A DNA stretch of 64,000 nt from an uncultured Gemmataceae bacterium (GTDB taxonomy: Bacteria; Planctomycetota; Planctomycetia; Gemmatales; Gemmataceae), in contig CAVVPN010000011.1 in the NCBI GenBank assembly GCA_963750165.1, forward strand, positions 832,001-896,000. Direction: 5' to 3'. The position numbers and the translations under genes are program-made. Of this stretch, positions 46,412-56,343 are shown piece by piece. The notes below the pieces were generated by a model. It was given only the letters and a program-made list of their open reading frames with translations, had not been told where the DNA came from and ran no database searches. Each line of letters starts with the position of its first letter. The first letter of the stretch is position 1.

Positions 46412-46500
46412 GCAGAACGACTCAGTTCACGTGCGGGCCACTCGACTCAATGCTCAATTGCAACCTCAGTTGGCCCGTCACGTGCAACCGCTAGTTCGGC
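46412..46500 (-). other. Integron attC-like site (second copy)
   Basis: Minus strand GCCGAAC-TAGCG-GTTGCACGTGAC-GGGCCAAC...GTGGCCCG-CACGTGAAC-TGAGTC-GTTCTGC. Its arms are nearly identical to 10141-10230. Confidence 0.75.
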
Positions 46501-46567
46501 CCATTTCACTTTCCAGACGCCTAAATCGAGCTGCGTCCCCTGGTATGTGGGTTTTAACAAAGAAATC

Positions 46568-48075
46568 GAGACTTTAGCATAGCCGGTGACCGAATCCGGC
46601 CCGACCAGGCGTAAAATGAATATAGGGGGGGCATTTGGGTGTGGAGGGCACAGCCATGTTCGGACCAGGCGAGTACGTCCCGGACGTCACCGAGGGCATT
46701 TCCTCGCCCGAAGACCTCCCCAAGCCGCGCCGCGAACGCCGCAGCCGTAACTACCGCGCACGCCGCTGCCCCCATTGTGGTGCCCGCGCCGGCCGCTACA
46801 GCATTGACGTCCGCACCTTGCACGACCTGGGCGACCCGCGCGTCGGCCGCCCCATCGACCTCAGCGTCACCTACTCCAAACATCACTGCCCCCACTGTGA
46901 CTGCTACTTCGCCGTCGAGCTCTCCGACCTGGCCTGGCCCAAGTGCCACTACACCCGCCGCGTCCAGGAGTTGGCCGTCCGCCTGGTGGCCGAGGATGGG
47001 CTGCCCTACCAGGCCGCCTCCTGGCATCTCTGGCGCGACCACCGCGTCTTCGTCCCCTACGCCACCATCCAGAACTGGGTCGAGGCGGCTGGGGAAAAAA
47101 AAGGTGGCCGGCCTGTCCAGCACCTATCTCGACGAGGCCCTGGCTGACTTCTCCGGTTACCTGGCCATCGACGAAGTCTACGATGGCCCGCACTGCATCC
47201 TCAGCGTGGTGGATAACCGCCGCTACCACCGGCTGGCCGTCCGCGTCCTCGAACACGACCCGACGCAGGACGACGTCCGCGTTTTCCTCACGGACTTCCA
47301 GGCGCAGTTGCAGCAACGCGGCCTGGCCGTGCGCGGCATCACCACGGACGGGTCGCCGCTTTATCCCAAGGTGCTCAAGGAGTTGTGGCCTGCTGTCCCG
47401 CACCAGCGTTGCCGCTTCCACATCCTCAAGGAGATCACCAAGGCGGTACTGCGGGCGCTGGCCAAGTTGCGCAAGCAGATCAAGGCCACGATCCCCAAGC
47501 AGCGGCGCGGCCGACCCCGCCAACAGGACCAAGCCCAGGCGCGGCGGAGCCAGCGGTTGCAGCAGCGCGTCGCGGACCTGTTCGAGCACCGTCACTTGTT
47601 CGTGCGACATCACCTCAGCGCGGCCCAGAAGCAACTGCTGAAGCGCCTGACGCGCGGCCAGCCGCACCTACGTGTCTTGCGTGACATCATGGACGAAGTA
47701 TACCGCTTGTTCGACCGCCGTTGCCGGCGAGTGACAGCGCTGTGGCGTCTGCTGAAATTGCGGCAACGGGTGCGGCGGTTCAAGCGCCTGGCGCGTGCCT
47801 TGCGGGAGTTGAATAGTCCCGGTTTGGCCAAGGCGCTGCTGTTTTTGGATGACCGTTTGTTGGGATCGACAAGCAACGCGGTAGAGCGGGCCAATCGGCG
47901 TTTCCGCAAGGCGCAGAAGAGCATCTACGGAGTGCGGACCAAGCAGCACTTGGACCAGCGCCTGGCCTTGGACATGAACCGCGAACTGCGCGCTGGCCAA
48001 CGCGCTCGGACTCTGAAAACCCTGCACCACGCTCGCTCCGATCCTGATTCGGGCCACTGTTGATGCTAAAGTGTC
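46568..48075 (+). mobile_element. DDE insertion sequence (ISL3/IS256-like, CxxH motif); transposase 46656-48063 split at G4A8
   Basis: TIRs GAGACTTTAGCAT / ATGCTAAAGTGTC; 8-bp TSD AAGAAATC (46560-46567, 48076-48083). Zinc finger CPHC..CPHC, LAIDEVY, ITTDG, HQRCRFH, TSNAVERAN. Confidence 0.88.
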
Positions 48076-48469
48076 AAGAAATCACCCCTTTTTCTTTCTG
48101 ATTGTTGGAGAAATGCGCGCCAGGGCCACGGCGCGTCGCAGATGGCCAACGCCTTTCCGAGTAACGAGTTGTGTCACCCACACCCAATTTCCTACCAGCG
48201 CAGGCGCTCTCATTCCGAGTCTCGGGCGGACCCCGCGCGGGACGCGAACTGCATACAGAAATGTCGCGCGCGTGTTAACCGGATTGGGGAAAAGTTCGGG
48301 CGCCAAAACCTGGAACAATCCGGTTAACGGGGCGCGCGAGCGCGCGACTGCCTTCAGCAGACTTCCTCCTGCTCCCGAAACAGCGAGCCTCGCGACTCCT
48401 GCCTCGGCAAAGGCCGTGTCATCTCCCAGGCGGCGCCTTGGGGAGGTTCAACCTGAATCTCCACTTCCC

Positions 48470-48674
48470 TTAGCATTCCACCGAGACATGCACCGAAATA
48501 TTGGGGGCGCGTCGCCATGGACTGATGAATCCTGTTCGCCTCGGCGACGAAGTTCGCGAAGGCTTCGTTGCGGATGATCACGTTCCCCTCGTCGGTCATT
48601 TTGAACAACTCAGACATGTTCTCGCTGGGCAGCTTGAGTGCCAGCGAGCTGGAATGACCAGTAATCTGCGACAT
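48470..48674 (-). CDS. Probable RiPP precursor peptide (about 67 aa after correcting a 1-nt frameshift near 48505)
   Basis: AGGAGA RBS, MSQITGHSSS...FKMTDEGNVIIRNEAFANFV. Removing one C from the C-run gives ...ATRPNISVHVSVEC-TAA, followed by a hairpin. It lies directly downstream of the rSAM gene. Confidence 0.6.
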
Positions 48675-48759
48675 GGAAAATCTCCTGATAGTGCTGTCGG
48701 GCGTGATGACACAGGTTTCATGCGGCCGGTTCCGCCCGATTCTCCCGGCCGAGCATGAT

Positions 48760-50877
48760 TCAGTCTGATGCCAAAGCATACTTATAGCAGTTCAGGGATG
48801 TCAGACCAGTGCCATTATCGCAATGTCCGATTGTCTGGAGCGCCTCCTGAAGGCGCTGAAGAACCCCGACACCGGGAGCGTAAGTGCCCAGCGGCACTGC
48901 CAGGGCGAGGTAACTGTCCTTATCTCGGAGCAATAAGCCACGCCCGCACATGGTTTCCAGCAGGAGTTCGACCCTTTCCACACCGGGATACTGTGCAGCA
49001 GCTGCACGCTGTAGATAGGGAAGCGTGCGTACCTGATCGCACTCCAGGTAAAGGAACCGTGCGAGCCTGGAGAGCGTCACCAACGGCGCGCCGGCAACCG
49101 GCCGAAAATCCCAAAGCAGCAGCCAGGGTCCGACTTCGAGAGAGAAGAAATCGGTCTGCGGATAGGAGCTCTGCCAGTCGGCGATCCGACGCGCCAGCGG
49201 GGCCGTGTAAGTTTGCGTGTCAACCCGATCCCTCCGGTCGTAGACAAAAAAGTAGGCGAGATTATGAACTGCCTCCTCGGAGAGGGGATAGACATACGAG
49301 TACGCAGGGTAGGGTCTCACGTTCTGGAAGCCGTGCTCCGCAGGTGTCTCAAAGTTGGGACTGAACCTGTCCAAACGAATCGATGAGGCGCCGTCAGGTG
49401 GGGGCAAATGGGAGAGCAGCGGTATCAGCGCTTCCATCCGGACGTATTCGGCAGGAGGCTCTCCCGGAAACCCCCAGATGATATTCCAGGATGGCACGAT
49501 ACCCAGTTCTTTACACCACTTGAGTAGTTGGATGTTCTGGATCGCACTTACCCCCTTACGCATCAGTCTCAACACGGCATCGCTCAGGCTCTCGATCCCT
49601 GGTTGGATTTGAGTCACTCCGGCCTTGCGGAGCAGGCGTAGCTGCGCCTTGGTTAGATTCGCCTTCACCTCATAGAACAACTCAAGACCTGAGCCGCTCG
49701 GCCCATGGGACGGGGCGGCGTTTCGCGCAGCGAGCGCTGGGAGAAAGTCCGAAAAGTAATGCATGTCCAGGATATTATCGACCACGGATACCTGCAAACC
49801 GGGGTGGTGCCGGCTCAATGCTTCCAGTTCATGCAAAGCGCGAGCGGCCGACTTGCTCCGGTGCGTCATGGTCTGGCCGTTGAGACCACAAAACGTGCAG
49901 TGATGTTTCTGGCCCCACCAGCAGCCGCGCGAGGTTTCGAACAGCAGCCGGGGCCGAACCGGCAAGTCCATTTCTGCACATTGGAGTTGTGTGAAGAAGT
50001 CATCAAAGTCAGGCACGGGTAAGTCGTCCATCCGCGCTACTTGCGGTGCGCTGTGTACCGGCCCTTCGGCTCCGATGTCCTGGCGAGTCAGCACCCCCGG
50101 GAGGCCAGCTCCGTCATGACCCTCCAGCGCCCGCATGGCTAGCTGAGTGATGATCATTTCGCCAGGGCCCGAGACGACCGCATCGACGAACGGGAATTGT
50201 CGGAGCAACTCGCGTCCCATCATGCCCTCGCAGTTGGCGCCGCCGAAGACCAGGAGAGTCTCGGGGAGCCGCTCACGAAGCTGGCGCGCCAAGGCCAGCG
50301 ATGCAAGGTTCTGCTGGAATACTGTTGTGAAGCCGACCATCCGTGGCTGTCGCGCGCTGATTTTCTCCACGCAGGCTTGGAGGAACGACGCGACGCGCTG
50401 GCGAACGCTGAGTAATTCGTCCTGGAACTCCTCGGAAACCTTCCTTCGGTTCTCCGCCGTTTTGTGGTGGGCTGGGTGCCCCCCCCGCAGGACTTCTCGG
50501 AGGTACTCCCACGCTGCTGAATCCGTCTGCTGGAAAACCGCAGCCGAAAAGATCCACTCCCCTGCTAGGTCGTGATTGGCCGGGGCGCCGGCTGCGATCT
50601 TGGAGTAGACGGTCGGATTTACTTGCTGAGCGAAGTCGATCCCGAAGTAAAGGATTTCTGAAGCGATCCTGTCGAACGCCAGCTTGGCTTTCAGCAGGCT
50701 AAGTCCTAGCGAAGGTGTCAGCAACGGGGCGAAGGGCATGGAGACGAACAAAATCTCAGCGCGCGTGGGTTTTTCGCGTACCGGCCACGGCAAGGGGTTT
50801 GTTGTGTCCGCGTTCGATAGTCCAGGATGAAGTTGAACGGATGACGTTCCTCGCTCAGCCAAAACGGGTAGTTCCAT
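48760..50877 (-). CDS. RiPP maturation radical SAM C-methyltransferase (cobalamin-dependent, TIGR03975-like)
   Basis: ILFVSMPFA...PSLGLSLLKA, LAGEWIF, B12-binding VGFTTVFQQ...GGANCEG, the atypical Cx7Cx2C motif RGCWWGQKHHCTFCGLNG, QPGIESLS, WNIIWGFPGE, RLDRFSP. Lower GC than the flanks. Confidence 0.9.
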   Translation of the reverse strand: MELPVLAERGTSSVQLHPGLSNADTTNPLPWPVREKPTRAEILFVSMPFAPLLTPSLGLSLLKAKLAFDRIASEILYFGIDFAQQVNPTVYSKIAAGAPANHDLAGEWIFSAAVFQQTDSAAWEYLREVLRGGHPAHHKTAENRRKVSEEFQDELLSVRQRVASFLQACVEKISARQPRMVGFTTVFQQNLASLALARQLRERLPETLLVFGGANCEGMMGRELLRQFPFVDAVVSGPGEMIITQLAMRALEGHDGAGLPGVLTRQDIGAEGPVHSAPQVARMDDLPVPDFDDFFTQLQCAEMDLPVRPRLLFETSRGCWWGQKHHCTFCGLNGQTMTHRSKSAARALHELEALSRHHPGLQVSVVDNILDMHYFSDFLPALAARNAAPSHGPSGSGLELFYEVKANLTKAQLRLLRKAGVTQIQPGIESLSDAVLRLMRKGVSAIQNIQLLKWCKELGIVPSWNIIWGFPGEPPAEYVRMEALIPLLSHLPPPDGASSIRLDRFSPNFETPAEHGFQNVRPYPAYSYVYPLSEEAVHNLAYFFVYDRRDRVDTQTYTAPLARRIADWQSSYPQTDFFSLEVGPWLLLWDFRPVAGAPLVTLSRLARFLYLECDQVRTLPYLQRAAAAQYPGVERVELLLETMCGRGLLLRDKDSYLALAVPLGTYAPGVGVLQRLQEALQTIGHCDNGTGLTSLNCYKYALASD

Positions 50878-51249
50878 GATCTCCTACTCCGAATATTCAT
50901 GGCCAAGTGACCGGACGACGCCACTCAGTAGCGGCATCTTTCTCGACGAATGTTCTCATCTGCGATTTATGACGCGCCCGTTTTCCCCGAATGATGAAAC
51001 GCGCCATCATCTGGCAAGGCCAGTTTGCGCGGCTGAGGTGAGAGCGGGAATACTGCGGGGTCGTCCCGCTCAACATTCCGGAGTTGAACACCTGCCGCGA
51101 TCTCTGTCAAGAAAAATCAAGAAAAAGATTCCGCCAGTGGCTGGTTGCCGCGGTGTCCGCGCAAGCATCTGAACATCGAGCACGAGCATTGCCGTGAAAC
51201 GGCGTTGCTCGAAAGGCCGGCTACGCTGACGAGCCAGGCGACAGGAGAG

Positions 51250-51375
51250 GTATTTCGCCGGGGCCACCCACACGGTGTAATAGGGGTTGACGAAAACGGC
51301 CTCGCGAACTCCACGGAACGTTGAGCCGTCGTACGCGTGGTCTTCCTCAGTGAAGCCTCGTGAGCCCGGCATCAT
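51250..51375 (-). pseudogene. Truncated 5' remnant of a catalase-like gene, paralogous to 61082-62344
   Basis: AYDGSTFRGVREAVFVNPY matches EYDGSTFEEVREVVFREPY of the 61-kb gene, then similarity is lost. Confidence 0.6.
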
Positions 51376-51435
51376 TCCACCGTGGCTGGGAATTTGTTTC
51401 GTGCCAGCGTGGGGCGACAGGCAGCGGCCCCGTGT

Positions 51436-54048
51436 TCAAGCAGGGGCATCCCCATCTGTAGCAATATTGTGACTGTCCTGTACGAACAGGTTCTCACCCA
51501 CGTGCTCTCCGAGCTTGCGGTAGCTCTCCCACTGCGGCTCGTCGAACAACTGGTCGAGCGTGGTCTCGTTCGGGAAATCCAGGTGAAGGGCGGCGTAGTT
51601 TAGCACGTCAGCCGGTTCGTCCCCCGTGACCGTCGCCTTCAGGTAGAGCAGCCAGGTGTGCCGGCGGTTGACCCACGGATCCCCCGTCGGCTCGCGCGGC
51701 CCGGGGGGATAGCGGACGAGGAAGAGGGCGGCGTGCTTGCGGGAGAGTTGGTCCGCGGCGGTCAACAGGTCGCTGCGGGTGCCAAGGTACGGCGCCACCG
51801 AACCCGGTACGCCCTGCTTATGCAAGGCCACGGGGTCCGGGTCCACTTCCTGGATCTCCGCCTCGAGGTCCACCCGCGCCAGGCGGACGAGGTCGCCGAT
51901 GTCCGTCCCCTGGCGGGCCTGATCCTGCCCGGCGTCACAGATGATGACGAAGGGCACGCGCCGGCGGAGCAACTCGTACGCCCCCGAGTTCTCGAAGTTG
52001 CCGCCGTCCGACAGGTACCAGTAGCGGTACCAGGGGCCGCCGAACCGGCCGACCAGCTCGCTCAGCAGGAGCGACTGGGCACGGAACCAGTGCGACAGGC
52101 CGACGGTCACCGCCTGCCACAGGCCGCCCTTGACCGGCACGTCCCGGCGCTCCTCCACGTTCAAACCGGAGTTCCACCAGTACCCCAGGCGCACGTTGGC
52201 GAGGGTGAAGAGCAGGGCCTTGCCGAGCCCGGTGTTGCGGCCCATGCCGGGACTGACGGCGGCCCCGGAGATGGCGACCCATTCGCGCAGGTCGAGCGAC
52301 TCCACCGGGACGGGATCGCCCGCGCGGTCCAGGAACGGGTGCGGGCCGCCGTCGGCCGCCAGCGGAACCAGGGTGTCCCCCTGCGGCGCGTCGCCGGCCC
52401 ATAAGGCGTGCCACCGCTGCGCGACGTTGACCCCCGCGGGCCCCACGGCCAGGTTCTCGGCCTGGCGGTCGCGCAGACCGCGTTGCGAGGCCACGTCGAT
52501 GGTCTCGTTCACGGCGCAGTTGATCAGGTGGAGCGGGCCGCCGGCCGCGTGCGGCGCGTACTGGTCGAAGGCCACGTCGTCGCCCGGCACCACGGCGGTG
52601 ACGTTCCGCCCCTCGAGGTGCAGCCGGCGCTGCGGGTTGACGGCCCCCAGGAAGGCCCGCGCCAGCCGGCTGGCGTAGATCTCCCGCGGGCCGGAGCGGT
52701 TGATGAACGGCACGCATGCCCGTGTCCCCAGGAGCAGGCTGACGGCAACGGCGACGGCGGTGACCGCCATCCCCGGGGCGTAGGCCGCCCCGGCCCGGTA
52801 GGCGGCGTGACTGGCGAAGGACAGCACCACCAGGATCGGTAGCGCCCCGAGGACCAGGACCGCCACGGCCAGCACATACGGCCACTGCTTCTCCAGGAGG
52901 CTCGACCCGCGCTCCGCCCGCGTGAGGAACCAGCCTGACACCATCCGCAACAGGGACACCAGCCCCAGGAGGAACCCGCTCATTGAGGCGAACCAGACGG
53001 TGACGTTGCCGGCGTGAAAGCCCCCGCCTGCAAGCATGAACTGGGCCAGCCACCGGCCGAACCAGTCCACCACGCCAAGCACCGCGAATAGCAGCCCGGC
53101 GGACAGCCAGAACGCCAGCCGGGCCGTCAGGTGGTTGCGGGCGCGCAGCAGGCGGTAGCGGTTGCGCGGGTCCACGGCAGGCCCCTCGCTCCGCCGCACC
53201 GCCGCCCACGCCCCCAGGGCCCAGCACACCGTCGCGGCGAGGACGATGACGCTCAGCGGGCTGGAGGTGGCGATCAACACGCTGACGCTCACGAGCGCGG
53301 CCGCCACCAGGGCCGGGGCGATGAAGCTTTCGAGCCGGTCCTGGGAAACCAGCCAATACGCGGCCATCAGCGGCAGCACCGCCAGCCAGAGGATGATCTC
53401 GGCGAGGCCCGCCCATGGCCCCGGCCACTGGGCCGTCAGGTTGCCGGCGAGCGGCGTCAGTGTGGCGAGCAGGCCCGCGAAGGTCGATTTTACCGCCCCG
53501 TACGGGCTACTGTAGTTGACCGCGTTCAGCACGCCGAAGACAGCGAAGATGAACACGGCCAGGACGAACTGGACCGAGAGCAGGTTGCGCCAGAACCCGG
53601 CGACGTTGGTGAGCACTTCCCCCAGGCCGGTCGGGGACAGGTAGTTCGAGTTCTGCCGCAGCCAGAGCATCGGGGCCGAGTTGCCGTCGCGCAAGTCGCG
53701 GGCCACGCGCGCCTGGGCCGCCCCAGGGGCCTCGTCCGGGACGGCGCCGGTGAGCCCCCCGGGCTTGCCGCAGAGGTCGAAAAAGCGGCCGAGGAAGGCG
53801 CCGATGTAGCCGCCGCCGGACACGGTCGAGAGGAAGTCCACGTGCCGTAGCCAGCCCCGCCGGGCCAGGGACTGCAGGACGCCGAGACAGAACGCGGCGC
53901 TGCGGATGCCACCGCCCGAGAGCGCCAGGCCCAGCGTGTCGCCGGGAAGGCCACCTGGCTGGGTCTCGGGGGCCCCGGCCGGGCCCGGCCCCGCGGGGGG
54001 CTTCAGCGTCAGGAGCCACGGCTGGGGGCGCGGCGGTGTCATGCTCAT
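51436..54048 (-). CDS. Patatin/cPLA2-like phospholipase with a central multi-TM insert
   Basis: GLALSGGGIRSA (oxyanion), STVSGGG (nucleophile Ser), LSDGGNFEN (catalytic Asp), about 10 hydrophobic segments. Confidence 0.85.
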   Translation of the reverse strand: MSMTPPRPQPWLLTLKPPAGPGPAGAPETQPGGLPGDTLGLALSGGGIRSAAFCLGVLQSLARRGWLRHVDFLSTVSGGGYIGAFLGRFFDLCGKPGGLTGAVPDEAPGAAQARVARDLRDGNSAPMLWLRQNSNYLSPTGLGEVLTNVAGFWRNLLSVQFVLAVFIFAVFGVLNAVNYSSPYGAVKSTFAGLLATLTPLAGNLTAQWPGPWAGLAEIILWLAVLPLMAAYWLVSQDRLESFIAPALVAAALVSVSVLIATSSPLSVIVLAATVCWALGAWAAVRRSEGPAVDPRNRYRLLRARNHLTARLAFWLSAGLLFAVLGVVDWFGRWLAQFMLAGGGFHAGNVTVWFASMSGFLLGLVSLLRMVSGWFLTRAERGSSLLEKQWPYVLAVAVLVLGALPILVVLSFASHAAYRAGAAYAPGMAVTAVAVAVSLLLGTRACVPFINRSGPREIYASRLARAFLGAVNPQRRLHLEGRNVTAVVPGDDVAFDQYAPHAAGGPLHLINCAVNETIDVASQRGLRDRQAENLAVGPAGVNVAQRWHALWAGDAPQGDTLVPLAADGGPHPFLDRAGDPVPVESLDLREWVAISGAAVSPGMGRNTGLGKALLFTLANVRLGYWWNSGLNVEERRDVPVKGGLWQAVTVGLSHWFRAQSLLLSELVGRFGGPWYRYWYLSDGGNFENSGAYELLRRRVPFVIICDAGQDQARQGTDIGDLVRLARVDLEAEIQEVDPDPVALHKQGVPGSVAPYLGTRSDLLTAADQLSRKHAALFLVRYPPGPREPTGDPWVNRRHTWLLYLKATVTGDEPADVLNYAALHLDFPNETTLDQLFDEPQWESYRKLGEHVGENLFVQDSHNIATDGDAPA

Positions 54049-54078
54049 AGGTCGTTCGTCCTCGGGTTCGCGGCGGAT

Positions 54079-56307
54079 TCAGAGACCTGCCCGGCGGCGG
54101 CGGCCGGCGATCAACTCGGCCTCGGCCGCCTCCATGGCCGCGGGGTAGAGCCGGCGGGCCTCGAACACGGCGCTCGACGGCAGCACCGGGTCGAGCTTCA
54201 GCGCCTCGGCGGCCCCGGGCGGCAGTTGGCCGGGGGGGATGGGGTGGTCCTCGGTGAGCACGTCGGCCGCCTTCTCGGCGACCATATACACGTTGGCGAC
54301 GATGAAGAAGCCAGGGATGCGCGGGAAGACGGAGGCGTCCACGACGCGGAGGCCCTGGACCCCGCGCACCCGGAAGCGGCTGTCGAGCACGGTCAAGGGG
54401 TCGTCCCCGGAGCCGATGCGGCACGTCCCGCAGGCGTGGTGCCCCCAGGCGATGTGCTTGATCCAACGGCGGACGTTGCCCTTGAACACGTCGATGCCCG
54501 GCAATCGGTAGTCCTGGATCGTGCCGTCGCCCTTGCCGATGTCCATGATGGAGCGCACGAACGCCACCCCCTGGTGCAGCGCCTCCAGGTCCGGGTCCCG
54601 GCTCGCGGGGAATTTGCCATCGGTCAGTTCCAGGCTCGGGTCGGGGGCCTGCGGGAACGAGCGGAAATTGATCTCCGGCCGCCGGAAGGGGTGGGCGCTC
54701 TGCAGGCGCACGTAGCCTTCGTTGTGCCGCGTCCGGGCCTTGAGGATCAGCCAGGTCAGCGTGCGCCGGTAGTACGGTTTGTCCCCGGGGTACGTCGGGT
54801 TGAGGGCTTCCGGCCGGGAGTAGCCCACAGAGTAGCCCGGGAAGTTGGCTGCCAGCGCCAGGGTGAACAGATCCGGGGCGGCGTCCTCCTGGCCGGAGCG
54901 GATGAAGATGCCGACCAGCCCGCCGTTGGTGGCGTAGACGCCGCGGCGGTACGCGGACTGGCCGGCGCGGGCGACCCATTGCCGCAGTTCGGGGTCGCCG
55001 GCGGACGACAGGATGAGGCCGTCCAGACTCCGGAAGCGGTCCGTCACCGTGGCGACGACCGGCACCTCGTAGCGGTCCTGCAGGTTCCGCCCCACACCAG
55101 GCAGGTCCACGTGCGGCTCGATGCCGTGGCCGCGCAGGTGTTCGGCCGGGCCGACGCCCGAGAGCAGGAGCAGTTGTGGGGTGTTGAAGGTCCCGCCACA
55201 CAGGATGACCTCGCGGCGGCAGTGGAGCGTGACCACCTGCTCGCGCCAGCCGTGGTCGTCGAGGACTGTAGCCGCCGGGTCGGCCTCGTAGACGTGCTCG
55301 CGCGGCAAGTAGCGGATGCCGGTCGCGCGGACCCGGGCCTCCATCCCGCCGACCCGGACCGGGGCCGAGTCCTCGGCGAACACGATCTCGGTGACGCACG
55401 CCCCGGTGAGCAGGTGCAGTCGTTCCGCGGCGGCCGAGCCCGAGTGTTTCAGACCGAGCAGCCGCTCCCGCGGGCTGGACCGCTCCCCCTCGGGCGTGAT
55501 CGCGCACGGGATGCGCGAGACGCCCACGCCCTTGCGCCGCATCGTCTCCCAGTGGTTCGGGTCCAGGTCGGGGAGCGTCCGGCCCGTGAACGCGGCCCGC
55601 GCCAGGTCGCCGAAGCGGTCCACGCCCGCCTTCAGCGAGGCCAGCGCCGCGGCGAGCACGACCTTCAGGAACTGGCGGTCCCGCTTCAACAGGCGCAGGT
55701 CGGACATGGTGGAGTCGAGCCAGCCGTGAAAGCCGTGCCGCCCGTCCTCCCAGCCCGTGCCGAAGCCGAGCCAGCCCTTGAGTCGCCCCCAAGGGGAGGG
55801 CCGGGCGTAGTGGCACCGCTCGACGCGCTGGAAGTAGGGGCGCATGCGCTCGCCGCGCCAGCTCTCGTCCTCGGTCGCCTCGGCAATCCCGTCCCAGTCC
55901 TCGGACAGGCCACTGATCGTGATCATGGCGTTGTGGATGGTGCAGCCGCCCACCCCCTGGGCCCGCGGGTAGAAGATGCCGCGCTCGTCACGGCGGGCGT
56001 CGTCGGGGCGGTGGACCTTGGGGTCCAGACTGCCGTCCGGGTCGTCGTCGAAGTGCTTGACGAAGTAGCGCAGGGAGTGGCGCGGATCCTCGGTGGACTC
56101 GATGTGGAGCAGTGGCACCACGGTGCTCTCCGCCTTCGCCCCGGCGGGCGTCGGCGGCTTTTCCGGCCCCATCTCCACCACCAGCACCGTGTACCCGCGC
56201 TCGGCCAGCCGCGCCGCCAGCGGGGCGCCGCCGGCCCCGGCTCCGACGACGATGAAGTCGAGCGGCGTCCTGTCGAGCGTTTTCCAGTCTTCCGGGATGG
56301 TAGTCAT
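54079..56307 (-). CDS. GMC oxidoreductase (choline dehydrogenase-like)
   Basis: DFIVVGAGAGG, YPRAQGVGGCTIHNAM, LLLSGVGP, GVGRNLQD, HHACGTCRIG, GLRVVDASVFP. Confidence 0.9.
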   Translation of the reverse strand: MTTIPEDWKTLDRTPLDFIVVGAGAGGAPLAARLAERGYTVLVVEMGPEKPPTPAGAKAESTVVPLLHIESTEDPRHSLRYFVKHFDDDPDGSLDPKVHRPDDARRDERGIFYPRAQGVGGCTIHNAMITISGLSEDWDGIAEATEDESWRGERMRPYFQRVERCHYARPSPWGRLKGWLGFGTGWEDGRHGFHGWLDSTMSDLRLLKRDRQFLKVVLAAALASLKAGVDRFGDLARAAFTGRTLPDLDPNHWETMRRKGVGVSRIPCAITPEGERSSPRERLLGLKHSGSAAAERLHLLTGACVTEIVFAEDSAPVRVGGMEARVRATGIRYLPREHVYEADPAATVLDDHGWREQVVTLHCRREVILCGGTFNTPQLLLLSGVGPAEHLRGHGIEPHVDLPGVGRNLQDRYEVPVVATVTDRFRSLDGLILSSAGDPELRQWVARAGQSAYRRGVYATNGGLVGIFIRSGQEDAAPDLFTLALAANFPGYSVGYSRPEALNPTYPGDKPYYRRTLTWLILKARTRHNEGYVRLQSAHPFRRPEINFRSFPQAPDPSLELTDGKFPASRDPDLEALHQGVAFVRSIMDIGKGDGTIQDYRLPGIDVFKGNVRRWIKHIAWGHHACGTCRIGSGDDPLTVLDSRFRVRGVQGLRVVDASVFPRIPGFFIVANVYMVAEKAADVLTEDHPIPPGQLPPGAAEALKLDPVLPSSAVFEARRLYPAAMEAAEAELIAGRRRRAGL

Positions 56308-56343
56308 GGTGTCCGGGGTCCAGGGGTTCAGGGCCGCGCCGGG

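Noticed and set aside
48274..48328. 13-bp inverted repeat GTTAACCGGATTG...CAATCCGGTTAAC as a mobile element
   Set aside because: Too short, with no TSD or second copy; it may be an operator or hairpin but cannot be assigned.
48354..48779. 141-aa ORF taken at face value
   Set aside because: The RBS supports the start at 48674, and the tail after about 48505 crosses a hairpin and looks non-coding. The alternative frame gives a more precursor-like end, though this is unproven.
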